Under the pieces are notes generated by a model, which had not been told where the DNA came from, made no database searches, and worked only from the letters and a program-made list of their open reading frames with translations. From a virus (Duplodnaviria; Caudoviricetes), in the IMG/VR virus record IMGVR_UViG_3300002091_000087, positions 1 to 29,505 of that record: a stretch of 29,505 nucleotides of DNA. One strand, 5' to 3'. Below, in pieces: positions 18,201 through 26,353 of the stretch. Every line of letters begins with the position of its first letter. Within the stretch, counting starts at the first letter, position 1. Made by a program: the position numbers and the translations under genes.

Positions 18201-19081
18201 TGGCTAATACTTGTCCAAACCAACCAGTTAGTATAACTAATGGCGGTGGTATATCTGTAACTGGTACATATCCAAACTTTACTGTGGCCAACTCTTGTCC
18301 AGATGTAAATTTAAATTTATCTAATGGTTGTTTTATAAATGTTACGGGTAGTTATCCAAACTTAACAATTTCATCAACTGTTCAACAGTTATATGTTCTT
18401 GATGATGGTACTAATAGTACCGTTAGATGTGTTGGTAGTAACTGTGCAACACTAGACTATTCAGCTGTACTTGGAGGATGTAATAACTGTACTATTAGTG
18501 CCTATTCAGTTATTGTTAACGGTATGAATAATAAAATCAATACTAATAGTAATTTTTCATCAATTTCTAGCGGTACTGGTAATACTATTAGCGGTTCTTA
18601 TTCATTTATTGGTAGTGGTACTAGAAATTGTATTAACGGAACTAATAATGTAATTGGTGGTGGTTATCAAAATACTGCATGTGGTGCTATTTCAACAATA
18701 AGTGGTGGTTTTGGAAATATAACTTGTGGTTCATATAGTGCTATAGTTGGTGGTTTTGATAACTGTATTAATAGTGCTGGTATATATTCTATAGTTGGTG
18801 GTGGTTATAATAATGCGATTTGTTCATCAAGTTCAGTTATTGTTGGTGGTAAGAGTAATGTTATATGTGCTAATTCATGTAGCGGTATGATATTAGGTGG
18901 TTGTATGAATACTGTATCTAGTTCATATTCAGCAGCTTTTGGTACTAATAATATTATTTGTACTGGTTCAGATTTATCAAATATACTTGGTGGTTGCCAT
19001 AACTGTATAAATGCATATAACTCATCAATTATCGGTGGTTATTGTAATTGTATAACATTATGTGTTATATTAGCAATATAA
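15257..19081 (+). CDS. Long Gly/Cys-rich tail fibre/adhesin with beta-roll repeats
   Basis: Three blocks of ~14-aa S-x-I-x-G-G-x-x-N repeats (reminiscent of trimeric-autotransporter head repeats), separated by CTLYVNNLC..QILAADGS necks and GTYPNF repeats. Confidence 0.75.
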   Translation: MARLSGDTAISINFEVAKAAPLDARLWTSKYSDLSGATEFGYYYAGMVVSVYSDPNPVKNGVYYYNGSGQTNINNWIRLSDSINGGGGSGNSVITTGTTLTSTLRCGNFNTSNGCAATVTGGICNQVNTDYGVVSGGFCNTISSYTASTNSCYYGYYPINSSIVGGIKNNIITPNSFIGGGSGNTICTNYSVIGGGIGNTLSSTYCCDTGYGCCCLITPESSVIVGGVRNYISSSNAFIGGGYRNSLGTYDATDACGYLCLSSSQNSIIVGGICNSISGYGSFIGGGYRNSMSADYSTIGGGQCNRMVCTRIVAECTDGGCSITFPTYSNIVGGWNNSLCTNYSTIGGGACNSITGYFGFIAGFCNTISGYMGSSFGECNTVSGNYSSAIGCGLNATADCTLYVNNLCSPNAITGNYICKIGGIANQILAADGSVITAGPNIAICGGSIYGLAISGDTAIIVTGTGVNSTLRIANYNTASACGSTVSGGKSNSASGKYAIIAGGCQNIVTTGGTYSNIGGGLQNSVSGIYSTVSGGYLNTVSGAYSIIGGGCNNVITARSSSIGGGFTNCISGIDSFIGGGQLNVINHGFGSAILAGCRNSITGSCSSIIGGTCNLVLSGATYSTIGGGCKNTIGCNSCMSFIGGGSGNTVNNKFIFIGGGKFNSASAYYTTISGGYCNSISGRYSTVAGGCCNWITSSAWYGFVGGGGLNCVQDFASSIVGGTGNTISLGACLSFIGGGCNNTISGPYSNILGGVCNSISATYSTISGGYNNKVNSPQSFIGMGGSNCTNAVYNFIGNGTGNSTYCNYSMILGGSCNTVCGVGSFVVGTRNLITGTYSAAIGKNITGSTNCTLYVNNLCSLGTVIGSTICKSGGTANQILAADGSVVTAGTNILISCGTISSSATTSILQGAGISISASTGGVTVTNACPDRTVAISNGSGISVTGTYPNFTVANTCPNQPVSIANGSGISVTGTYPNFTVANTCPNQPVSITNGGGISVTGTYPNFTVANSCPDVNLNLSNGCFINVTGSYPNLTISSTVQQLYVLDDGTNSTVRCVGSNCATLDYSAVLGGCNNCTISAYSVIVNGMNNKINTNSNFSSISSGTGNTISGSYSFIGSGTRNCINGTNNVIGGGYQNTACGAISTISGGFGNITCGSYSAIVGGFDNCINSAGIYSIVGGGYNNAICSSSSVIVGGKSNVICANSCSGMILGGCMNTVSSSYSAAFGTNNIICTGSDLSNILGGCHNCINAYNSSIIGGYCNCITLCVILAI
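18044..18379 (+). repeat. Four 84-bp coding tandem repeats (CPNQPVSIANGSGISVTGTYPNFTVANT)
   Basis: Exact 84-nt period (anchors at 18074, 18158, 18242, 18326). The first three are near-identical and the fourth is diverged. Confidence 0.92.
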
Positions 19082-19109
19082 ATAAAAAATAAATAAAAAA
19101 AATTAAGAT

Positions 19110-20309
19110 ATGGCAGGTATTGGTAGTTCAATAATAGCAGGTGGTACAGGGAATACTATTTCAAGTACTTATAGTTTCATAGGTGGTGGTACTGGTAATA
19201 CGGTAGATGGCATATGGACTAGTAGTACATTTAGTAATATTTATAGTAATTCGAGTGTTGTCGGTGGTGGTTCTAATACAATTAGAATTGGTGGTTATAG
19301 TAATATTGGCGGTGGCCAATGTAATCTTATTTTCCAAACTGGTTATTCAAATATTGGTGGTGGGTATTGTAATAGTACATGTAGTAGATATTCAACCATT
19401 GGTGGTGGTAGTGGTAATAAAATAGGGTATTATTCAGATTATTCTACAATAGTAGGAGGTACCTGTAATATAGTTCCTAGTGATGCTAGTTATTTACCAA
19501 CTGGAACAACAATTGTTGGTGGTTGTTGTAATAGTGCGAATGGTACTAACTCCTTTATTGGCGCAGGTGCTTGTAATTTAATAAGTACAGCGGTTAATTA
19601 TTCATTTATTGGTGGTGGTTACGGTAATTGTATTAATGGTTCAAACGGTAATTATGGTACAATTAGTGGTGGTTATCGTAATAAAATTACTTGTCCTTCC
19701 CCTACTTCAACAATTGCTGGTGGTGCATATAATACTGTTTGTAATAACTTAGGAACTGTAAGTGGTGGTTATGGTAATGTTTCAAGTGGATATATGTCAA
19801 CAGTAATTGGTGGTCGAAATAATTGTGTAAGTGGTGCATTTTCAGCCGTTGGTGGTGGTCAGAATTTAAATAATACTTGTGATTGTTCATTTTTAGCTTA
19901 TTGTTTAATAAATGGTTCATTAATCGGTAGTACTACTAGAAGTATCTCAGTAAATGCTGGGGGTACAATAGTTTTAACATCGTCAGACTGTAGACTAAAA
20001 ACTGACATTAAGGATATTAACATCGGGTTAAATGAAATTAGTTCATTAAGACCAGTAATGTTTAATTGGTGTGATAAACTAAAATGTGATTTAGGTTACG
20101 AACAACAATATGGTTTTATAGCACAAGAAATTTGTAATGTTTTACCAACAACTGTTAATGAGGATAATAATGGCTTTTTAAGTATTGATTTAGTTAAATT
20201 AGTTCCTGTATTAACTAAGAGTATTCAAGAATTAAAATCTTGTAATGACTCTTTACAAAATCAAATAACAGAATTATCTTTAATTCTGAAAAAAAATAAC
20301 ATAAATTAA
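19110..20309 (+). CDS. Distal tail fibre with C-terminal peptidase S74 intramolecular chaperone
   Basis: GGxxN repeats, then SSDCRLKTDI..LRPVMFNW..YGFIAQEI..LVPVLTKSIQEL plus a coiled coil (from ~19983). Confidence 0.85.
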   Translation: MAGIGSSIIAGGTGNTISSTYSFIGGGTGNTVDGIWTSSTFSNIYSNSSVVGGGSNTIRIGGYSNIGGGQCNLIFQTGYSNIGGGYCNSTCSRYSTIGGGSGNKIGYYSDYSTIVGGTCNIVPSDASYLPTGTTIVGGCCNSANGTNSFIGAGACNLISTAVNYSFIGGGYGNCINGSNGNYGTISGGYRNKITCPSPTSTIAGGAYNTVCNNLGTVSGGYGNVSSGYMSTVIGGRNNCVSGAFSAVGGGQNLNNTCDCSFLAYCLINGSLIGSTTRSISVNAGGTIVLTSSDCRLKTDIKDINIGLNEISSLRPVMFNWCDKLKCDLGYEQQYGFIAQEICNVLPTTVNEDNNGFLSIDLVKLVPVLTKSIQELKSCNDSLQNQITELSLILKKNNIN

Positions 20310-20319
20310 AAACAAAAAA

Positions 20320-20655
20320 ATGATTTTCGCAACAATTAACCCAGTAGCTTCAAAGATTGAGCAAGCTAACCCTTTTTCTGCAACAACGATTACAGCAGAT
20401 ACTATTACAGCATTGGCTAGACCTTATAGGTTAGGTGCTGATACAGTTAGATTCGAAGTACAATTCGGAACAGTAACTGTTGAAAATGATGTAGTTACAA
20501 GTTTTAACCATGTAATGTCATTAGAAAGTATCTTAACTGAATCACAATTAAGTGGATGGGGTACTGATGACTCAATAGTATTACACGCTATAGCAACTAA
20601 CTTAGGTGCTAACGTTGTAGGTATTTTAACTGGTACAACTAACAATCTTTATTAA
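20320..20655 (+). CDS. Small fibre-associated hypothetical protein
   Basis: 111-aa ORF directly after the S74 fibre, with an A-rich start context and an LTESQLSGWGTDDS motif. The function is inferred from position only. Confidence 0.55.
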   Translation: MIFATINPVASKIEQANPFSATTITADTITALARPYRLGADTVRFEVQFGTVTVENDVVTSFNHVMSLESILTESQLSGWGTDDSIVLHAIATNLGANVVGILTGTTNNLY

Positions 20656-20710
20656 GAAAAACCTTTACAATTTGGAACTATATTCGTAATATTGGTGAAA
20701 ATCAATAATA

Positions 20711-21586
20711 ATGAATATAGTTTTCCAAATTAATGGTGGTATGGGTAAATGTATAATAGCAACAGCTGTATGTGATGCTATTAAGAAGCAATATCCAGAT
20801 GCCAACCTTACTGTAATTTCTGGTTATCCAGACGTTTTCCTTAATAACCCAAACATTTATAGAAACTATGGTTTTAATGGTTTCAGTTATTTTTATGAGG
20901 AACAAATCGAAGGTAAAGACTTTTTAATCTTCGCTCAAGACCCATATCTTGAAACAGAACACATTAAGCAATCAGAACATCTAATTGAGACTTGGTGCCG
21001 AATGTTTAATATTAAATATAATGGTGAGCAACCAGTAATTTATTTAAACGATAGGGAAAAGAAATTTTACGGTAACAAATATCTATTTAATAAACCAATC
21101 TTTTTACTACAAAGTAATGGTGGTGCTAACACTGAGATGAAATATTCTTGGGCTAGAGACTTACCAACAGTAGTTTCACTTAGAGTAATCGAAGAATTTA
21201 AAAACGATTACAATATTCTTCACATTAGAAGAGACGACCAAATTTCTTTCGAAAATACTACACCTATAAGTGATAACTTCAGGTCCATGGCCGTATTAAT
21301 AGCCATGAGTTCTAAGAGGCTATTAATTGATAGCTTTGCACAACACACGGCAGCAGCTTTAGGTTTAAAATCAACTGTTTGTTGGATTGCCAATAAACCA
21401 GAAGTTTTCGGTTATCAACTACACGACAACATCATTTCAGAACCATTTACTGTTAAACCAGATTTAAGAAAATCATATCTCCAAAAATTTAATATTGGTG
21501 GGGATTTAAATGAATTTCCATATAATAATGAAAATGAAGTGTTTAATATTAACGCAATTATAAACTCAATTAAAAACAATCAATAA
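20711..21586 (+). CDS. GT-B glycosyltransferase, family 9 (heptosyltransferase)-like
   Basis: N-terminal INGGMGKCIIATAV..AIKKQYPDANLTV and C-terminal LLIDSFAQHTAAALG match the GT9 motifs (G.GD..; DSG..H.AAALG). Confidence 0.75.
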   Translation: MNIVFQINGGMGKCIIATAVCDAIKKQYPDANLTVISGYPDVFLNNPNIYRNYGFNGFSYFYEEQIEGKDFLIFAQDPYLETEHIKQSEHLIETWCRMFNIKYNGEQPVIYLNDREKKFYGNKYLFNKPIFLLQSNGGANTEMKYSWARDLPTVVSLRVIEEFKNDYNILHIRRDDQISFENTTPISDNFRSMAVLIAMSSKRLLIDSFAQHTAAALGLKSTVCWIANKPEVFGYQLHDNIISEPFTVKPDLRKSYLQKFNIGGDLNEFPYNNENEVFNINAIINSIKNNQ

Positions 21587-22407
21587 TGGTAGAAAAAATA
21601 TTTTATCAAAGTTCATTACCAAGAGCTGGTAGTACTTTACTTCAAAACATAATGGCCCAAAATCCAGACATCTATACAACACCAACTTCTGGTGTATTGG
21701 AATTAGTATTTGCGGCTAGAGGTAATTATACAAATTCACCTGAATTTATTGCTCAAGATGCACAATTAATGAAGGATGGTTTCTTAAATTTTTGTCGCCA
21801 AGGTATGTACGGTTTTTATAACGCTATTACCGATAAGAAATATGTTATTGATAAGAGCCGTGGTTGGGGAATTCATTATGATTTTCTAAATGAGATTCAC
21901 CCTAAACCAAAAATAATTTGTATGATTAGGGACCCAAGAGACATTTACACCTCTATGGAAAAAAACTTCCGTAAGAATCCAGACAAAGCTAACCCTATTT
22001 TAGATTGGTCTAAGATGCAAGGTACTACTGTTGCTAAACGTATTGATATTTGGACCCAAAATCCACCAGTTGGTTTAGCTTTTGAAAGGCTTGGAGAACT
22101 ATTTAGACTTGGTTTAAACAATAAGATTCATTTTGTTAAGTTTGAGGATTTATGCCTTTATCCTGAGATTACTATGGAAAGTATCTATAATTATTTAGAT
22201 TTACCATATTTTGAACATGACTTTGATAATATTCAACAAGTTACAAAGGAAGATGATGAAGTTTATGGCGTGTTTGGCGACCATAATATTAGAACTAAGT
22301 TAGAACCAGTTACTTCTAAAGCTAAAGAAGTTTTAGGACCTGATATAGCCGAATGGATTTACAATAATTATAAATGGTTCTACGATGTCTTCAACTATGG
22401 AAAGTAA
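21586..22407 (+). CDS. PAPS-dependent sulfotransferase
   Basis: 5'-PSB loop SLPRAGSTLLQNIM, IDKS, 3'-PB motif MIRDPRDIYTS, and VKFEDL..PE..MESIYNYL. Start overlaps the upstream stop (TAATG). Confidence 0.9.
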   Translation: MVEKIFYQSSLPRAGSTLLQNIMAQNPDIYTTPTSGVLELVFAARGNYTNSPEFIAQDAQLMKDGFLNFCRQGMYGFYNAITDKKYVIDKSRGWGIHYDFLNEIHPKPKIICMIRDPRDIYTSMEKNFRKNPDKANPILDWSKMQGTTVAKRIDIWTQNPPVGLAFERLGELFRLGLNNKIHFVKFEDLCLYPEITMESIYNYLDLPYFEHDFDNIQQVTKEDDEVYGVFGDHNIRTKLEPVTSKAKEVLGPDIAEWIYNNYKWFYDVFNYGK

Positions 22408-22633
22408 TATTAAAATAAGGTATAATACCTTAAGCGATGGTTATACAGATTTATGGCGTGTTATAGTTGATAACGTTGAATATTTAACAAATTCAATTAT
22501 TATCAATGTACCATCCTTTACGAGTAAAGATGAAGTTTTTGATTTACTTAGAGGTGAAACAGTAGTTAAATACCATATTAGTTGTAAATCTAGTAATGTA
22601 TTAATTACAAAGGAAGTTATAAAAATTGATTAA
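22397..22633 (+). CDS. Small hypothetical protein in modification cassette
   Basis: IKIRYNT..LWRVIVDNVEY..KYHISC. Overlaps the sulfotransferase stop and ends 1 nt before cysC. Start is 22385 or 22397. Confidence 0.6.
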   Translation: MESNIKIRYNTLSDGYTDLWRVIVDNVEYLTNSIIINVPSFTSKDEVFDLLRGETVVKYHISCKSSNVLITKEVIKID

Positions 22634-22634
22634 A

Positions 22635-23063
22635 ATGATATATTGGTTAACAGGTCAATCAGGTGCTGGAAAGACAACAATAGCAAATGAGTTATTAAAG
22701 TCGGATAAATTAAATAGACCATTCTTGGTTGATGGTGATAGGTTGCGTGAATTATTTAATAATAAAGATTATTCAGAAACTGGACGAAGAGAGAATGTCT
22801 TATTAGCACAATCAATAGCTGAAACGATTCATAAAATGGGCCGTGATGTATTGGTTGCATTAGTTTCCCCATATAGAGACCAACGAGAACAATTTAAAGA
22901 ACATATTGGCGAAGATATTAAAGAGTTATATATTCATACGACAAGAATTACGGGAAAGGAAAATTTTCATGTAAATAAGTATGAAGAACCACTAAATAAT
23001 TTTGTTGATATTGATACAAGTGATATTACAGTTGAGCAAGCTTGTAAAATAGCCTTGAATTAA
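22635..23063 (+). CDS. cysC: Adenylyl-sulfate (APS) kinase
   Basis: IYWLTGQSGAGKTTIA P-loop, LVDGDRLR, DYSETGRREN, VSPYRDQRE and YEEP motifs. ATG 22635 is preferred to TTG 22626. Confidence 0.88.
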   Translation: MIYWLTGQSGAGKTTIANELLKSDKLNRPFLVDGDRLRELFNNKDYSETGRRENVLLAQSIAETIHKMGRDVLVALVSPYRDQREQFKEHIGEDIKELYIHTTRITGKENFHVNKYEEPLNNFVDIDTSDITVEQACKIALN

Positions 23064-23113
23064 AGATATTTTGAACATTTATCAGAATAACTTAATTTTC
23101 CTTTTTTTTTGAA

Positions 23114-23120
23114 TATTTAT
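23114..23120 (+). promoter_or_regulatory. Putative late-promoter motif TATTTAT upstream of sheath
   Basis: TATTTAT followed by an A-rich leader to ATG 23159. Confidence 0.5.
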
Positions 23121-23158
23121 TATAAACAAAACAATAATAAAAAACAAAAAAATACAAT

Positions 23159-26100
23159 ATGGCAAATCAAGTATTCGTTAGTCCAGGTGTCTTCACTTCA
23201 GAATTAGACTTAACTTATGTAACTCGTCAAGTAGGTGTTACTTCGTTAGGGTTAGTCGGTGAAACTACACAGGGTCCAGCATTTCAACCAATATTCGTTA
23301 GTAACTACAGTGAATTTCAATCATTCTTCGGTGGATTAAATAACACTTTAGTTAATGGACCAGATGGTAATGGTGCTCCTTTGTATGAATTACCATACAT
23401 TGCAAAATCTTACTTATCTCAATCAAATCAATTATTCGTTACAAGAGTATTAGGTTATTCTGGATACCATGCTGGTCAAGCTTGGGGTATCACTTTAAGT
23501 GCTGCATTAAACCCAGCGACAACAGCGACTACTTATTCAATTAATACAACTGCAACATATTCTGCATCTACAGGTGGTACAGTTTATAGTATTACTACAT
23601 CTGACCCAGTTATTAATGCTTACTTTGCGGTGAGCCCAACTAGTTTTGCAACACTTGGAACAGTAAATACTGGTACAACTATTAATATTGCAATACCACA
23701 AACAAAAACTGGTTTAATATTTAATGGTGGTAATATTCGTATGACTATAACTAATACTGGTAGTACTCCAAACGTTGTTCTGTCAACAACACCAAACACA
23801 TACTCTGGTGCTAGTTATGTATTCACATATACTGCAAATACAATTACAGGTTCAATTGTAGCTATTAATTCAACTGACGCATTAGTTAATTTTTATGCTG
23901 CTAATGCAAGTAATGGATTAAATGCTTTTGCTTACGTACTTGGAACAACAGCTCAAACAATTACAACTGTTGGACCTATATTCGCTGGTACTAATTATAC
24001 TGGTGGTACAATTACAACGACAACAACACATACTGGTACAACAGGTTCATTTACTACTGGTACAACAAGTGGTTCAACAATTCTTGTAACTGGTTATAAC
24101 GCACATAATTTAACTGGTACAACAAGTAACGTTAGTTACACTTATAGTGGTAGTGGTTATTCAGACGTTGAAGGTAAAATTATAGCGTTAGTACGTTCTA
24201 GGGCTACAGTACCAGCATCAACTCAATTACCTGCGTTCCAAATTACTGGTACAACTAATCTTGGGTTAGATTCAACAATCACTGGTGCTACAGTTAATCC
24301 ATTAGGTACATTTTCAATTACTGGTAACTCAAATACACAAGGTTCATTTAGTTATTCATTAACATTTGATGATACACAAAAGAATTATGTTCCAAGAGCT
24401 TTAGGTAAAGCGGCTTTCGATAAGAAAACAGCTATATTCCTTGAAGAATTCTATGGTAACTTATTTACTGATGATAATAATAGTGGTAAGATTTTAGGTA
24501 TTAACCCAACTCTTGTACAATATGGTACATCATTTAATAATTATTTACAACAATATCAACCAGCGGTTACACCGTATGTTGTATCTGAAGTTAAGGGTAA
24601 TAAAGTATTAAGATTATTTAGATTCTGGACTATCTCTGACGGTAATGCTGCTAATAGCCAAATTAAAATATCTATTGCTAATATTAGACCTGATACATTA
24701 GAATTTGACGTACAAATTAGAAGCTTTAGCGATACTGATGCAAGACCACAAATCTTAGAATCATTTAGTCGTTGTACTATGGATGCAACATCAAACAAGT
24801 ATATCGGTAGATTAATCGGTACTCTTGATGGAACATACGCATCTAAATCATCATATGTATTAGTTGAAATTGATGACAATTCTGATACTAGTGATTCATT
24901 CCCAGCAGGTTTTGTTGGTTATCCAGTAAGAAATTACCAAAGTAATGGTAATTCAAGTGTACAGACACCTGACTTTATGTATAAAAATGCATATGGTACT
25001 TATGATAATCCACGTAAATATTATTTAGGTGTTTCCGATACTGTAGGTATTGATACTGATTTCTTTAGCTACAAGGGTGTGCCTCCACAAGGTTCATCTT
25101 ACAGCCAATGGACTGGTTTAACCGCTGGTTACCATATGGACGTAAATGCTAGTGCCGTAACTATTGATGATATTACAGAATACTTGAATGGTGCATCTGG
25201 TGCAACATATCAACCAATCTTTAGCTTTATAACTGGCGTTGCGCCATTCCAAAGTGAAGCTGGTGTTGTTGGTACCCAATACGCTCAATTATACGCTCGT
25301 AAGTTTACTTTCGTACCTTCTGGTGGTTTTGATGGTTGGGATATTTACAGAACAAGAAGGTCTAATTTAGACTCATATGCTGTAAATGGTATTAATGGTA
25401 AAACTGGTTTAAATTTTGGTGCATTCTCTAGCTATCCTCTTCAAGATGGTAGTGTTGGTAATACTTCTGACTACTATGCTTATCAAGATGCTATTTGGAC
25501 ATTTAAAAATCCTGAAGCTGTTAATATTAACATATTTGCAACACCAGGTATTGATACCTTCGATAACCAAGAATTAGTTAGTTCAACAATTGAAATGATT
25601 GAGAACGATAGGGCTGACTCATTATACATCGTAACTACACCTGATGCTGATTCAACAGGTACACCATATTCAATAGGTACTGTAGCTGACGTTATAGGTG
25701 GTAATTTTGATAGTAACTATACTGCGACATACTGGCCATGGATTCAAATCTTAGATTCTGAAAACAATGCTTATGTTTATTTACCAGCTACTAGAGATGT
25801 TGTAACAAATGCCGCTTTAACTGACAACATAGCGTTCCCATGGTATGCTATTGCAGGTGTTAATAGAGGTGCAGTTAATTGTATTAAGGCTAGAACTAAA
25901 TTAACTCAAGCTGATAGAGATTTACTTTGTGAAAATAGAATTAATCCTATCGCAACATATACTTCAAGTGGAGTTGTTATCTGGGGTAACCTTACAATGC
26001 AAGTTGCTGATACTTACCTTAAACACATCAACATTAGAAGACTTTTATTACAAGCTAGAAAACTTATTTCAGCTGTATCTATCAGATTGTTATTTGAACA

Positions 26101-26332
26101 AAATGATTCAATCGTTAGAAACCAATTCTTGTCACTTGTTAACCCAATTCTTGATAATATCAGAACTGAAAGAGGTTTAACTGACTTTAGAGTTGTTGTA
26201 AACAATAGTCCAGAGGATATTGATAATAACCAATTAACTGGTATGATTTACCTTAAACCAACTACAGCATTAGAATTTATCCAAATTCAATTCACTGTAA
26301 TGAATAATGGTGCATCGTTCGCTAACGTTTAA
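23159..26332 (+). CDS. Contractile tail sheath protein
   Basis: N-terminal VSPGVFTSELD..GLVGETTQGPAFQP. C-terminal YWPW, PWYAIAGVNRG, RINPI..VIWGNLT..INIRRLL..FEQND..RGLTDFRV..KPTTALEFI. Confidence 0.93.
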   Translation: MANQVFVSPGVFTSELDLTYVTRQVGVTSLGLVGETTQGPAFQPIFVSNYSEFQSFFGGLNNTLVNGPDGNGAPLYELPYIAKSYLSQSNQLFVTRVLGYSGYHAGQAWGITLSAALNPATTATTYSINTTATYSASTGGTVYSITTSDPVINAYFAVSPTSFATLGTVNTGTTINIAIPQTKTGLIFNGGNIRMTITNTGSTPNVVLSTTPNTYSGASYVFTYTANTITGSIVAINSTDALVNFYAANASNGLNAFAYVLGTTAQTITTVGPIFAGTNYTGGTITTTTTHTGTTGSFTTGTTSGSTILVTGYNAHNLTGTTSNVSYTYSGSGYSDVEGKIIALVRSRATVPASTQLPAFQITGTTNLGLDSTITGATVNPLGTFSITGNSNTQGSFSYSLTFDDTQKNYVPRALGKAAFDKKTAIFLEEFYGNLFTDDNNSGKILGINPTLVQYGTSFNNYLQQYQPAVTPYVVSEVKGNKVLRLFRFWTISDGNAANSQIKISIANIRPDTLEFDVQIRSFSDTDARPQILESFSRCTMDATSNKYIGRLIGTLDGTYASKSSYVLVEIDDNSDTSDSFPAGFVGYPVRNYQSNGNSSVQTPDFMYKNAYGTYDNPRKYYLGVSDTVGIDTDFFSYKGVPPQGSSYSQWTGLTAGYHMDVNASAVTIDDITEYLNGASGATYQPIFSFITGVAPFQSEAGVVGTQYAQLYARKFTFVPSGGFDGWDIYRTRRSNLDSYAVNGINGKTGLNFGAFSSYPLQDGSVGNTSDYYAYQDAIWTFKNPEAVNINIFATPGIDTFDNQELVSSTIEMIENDRADSLYIVTTPDADSTGTPYSIGTVADVIGGNFDSNYTATYWPWIQILDSENNAYVYLPATRDVVTNAALTDNIAFPWYAIAGVNRGAVNCIKARTKLTQADRDLLCENRINPIATYTSSGVVIWGNLTMQVADTYLKHINIRRLLLQARKLISAVSIRLLFEQNDSIVRNQFLSLVNPILDNIRTERGLTDFRVVVNNSPEDIDNNQLTGMIYLKPTTALEFIQIQFTVMNNGASFANV

Positions 26333-26353
26333 TATTAAAAAAATAATTAAAAG

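Noticed and set aside
18044-18379. 84-bp array as a CRISPR array
   Set aside because: Units are in-frame, repeat over their whole length with no unique spacers, and no cas genes are present.
16999-20905. Short ORFs 16999, 17112, 17890, 18002, 19207, 19702, 20424 and 20702
   Set aside because: Antisense or off-frame shadows of well-supported repetitive genes, with no motifs.
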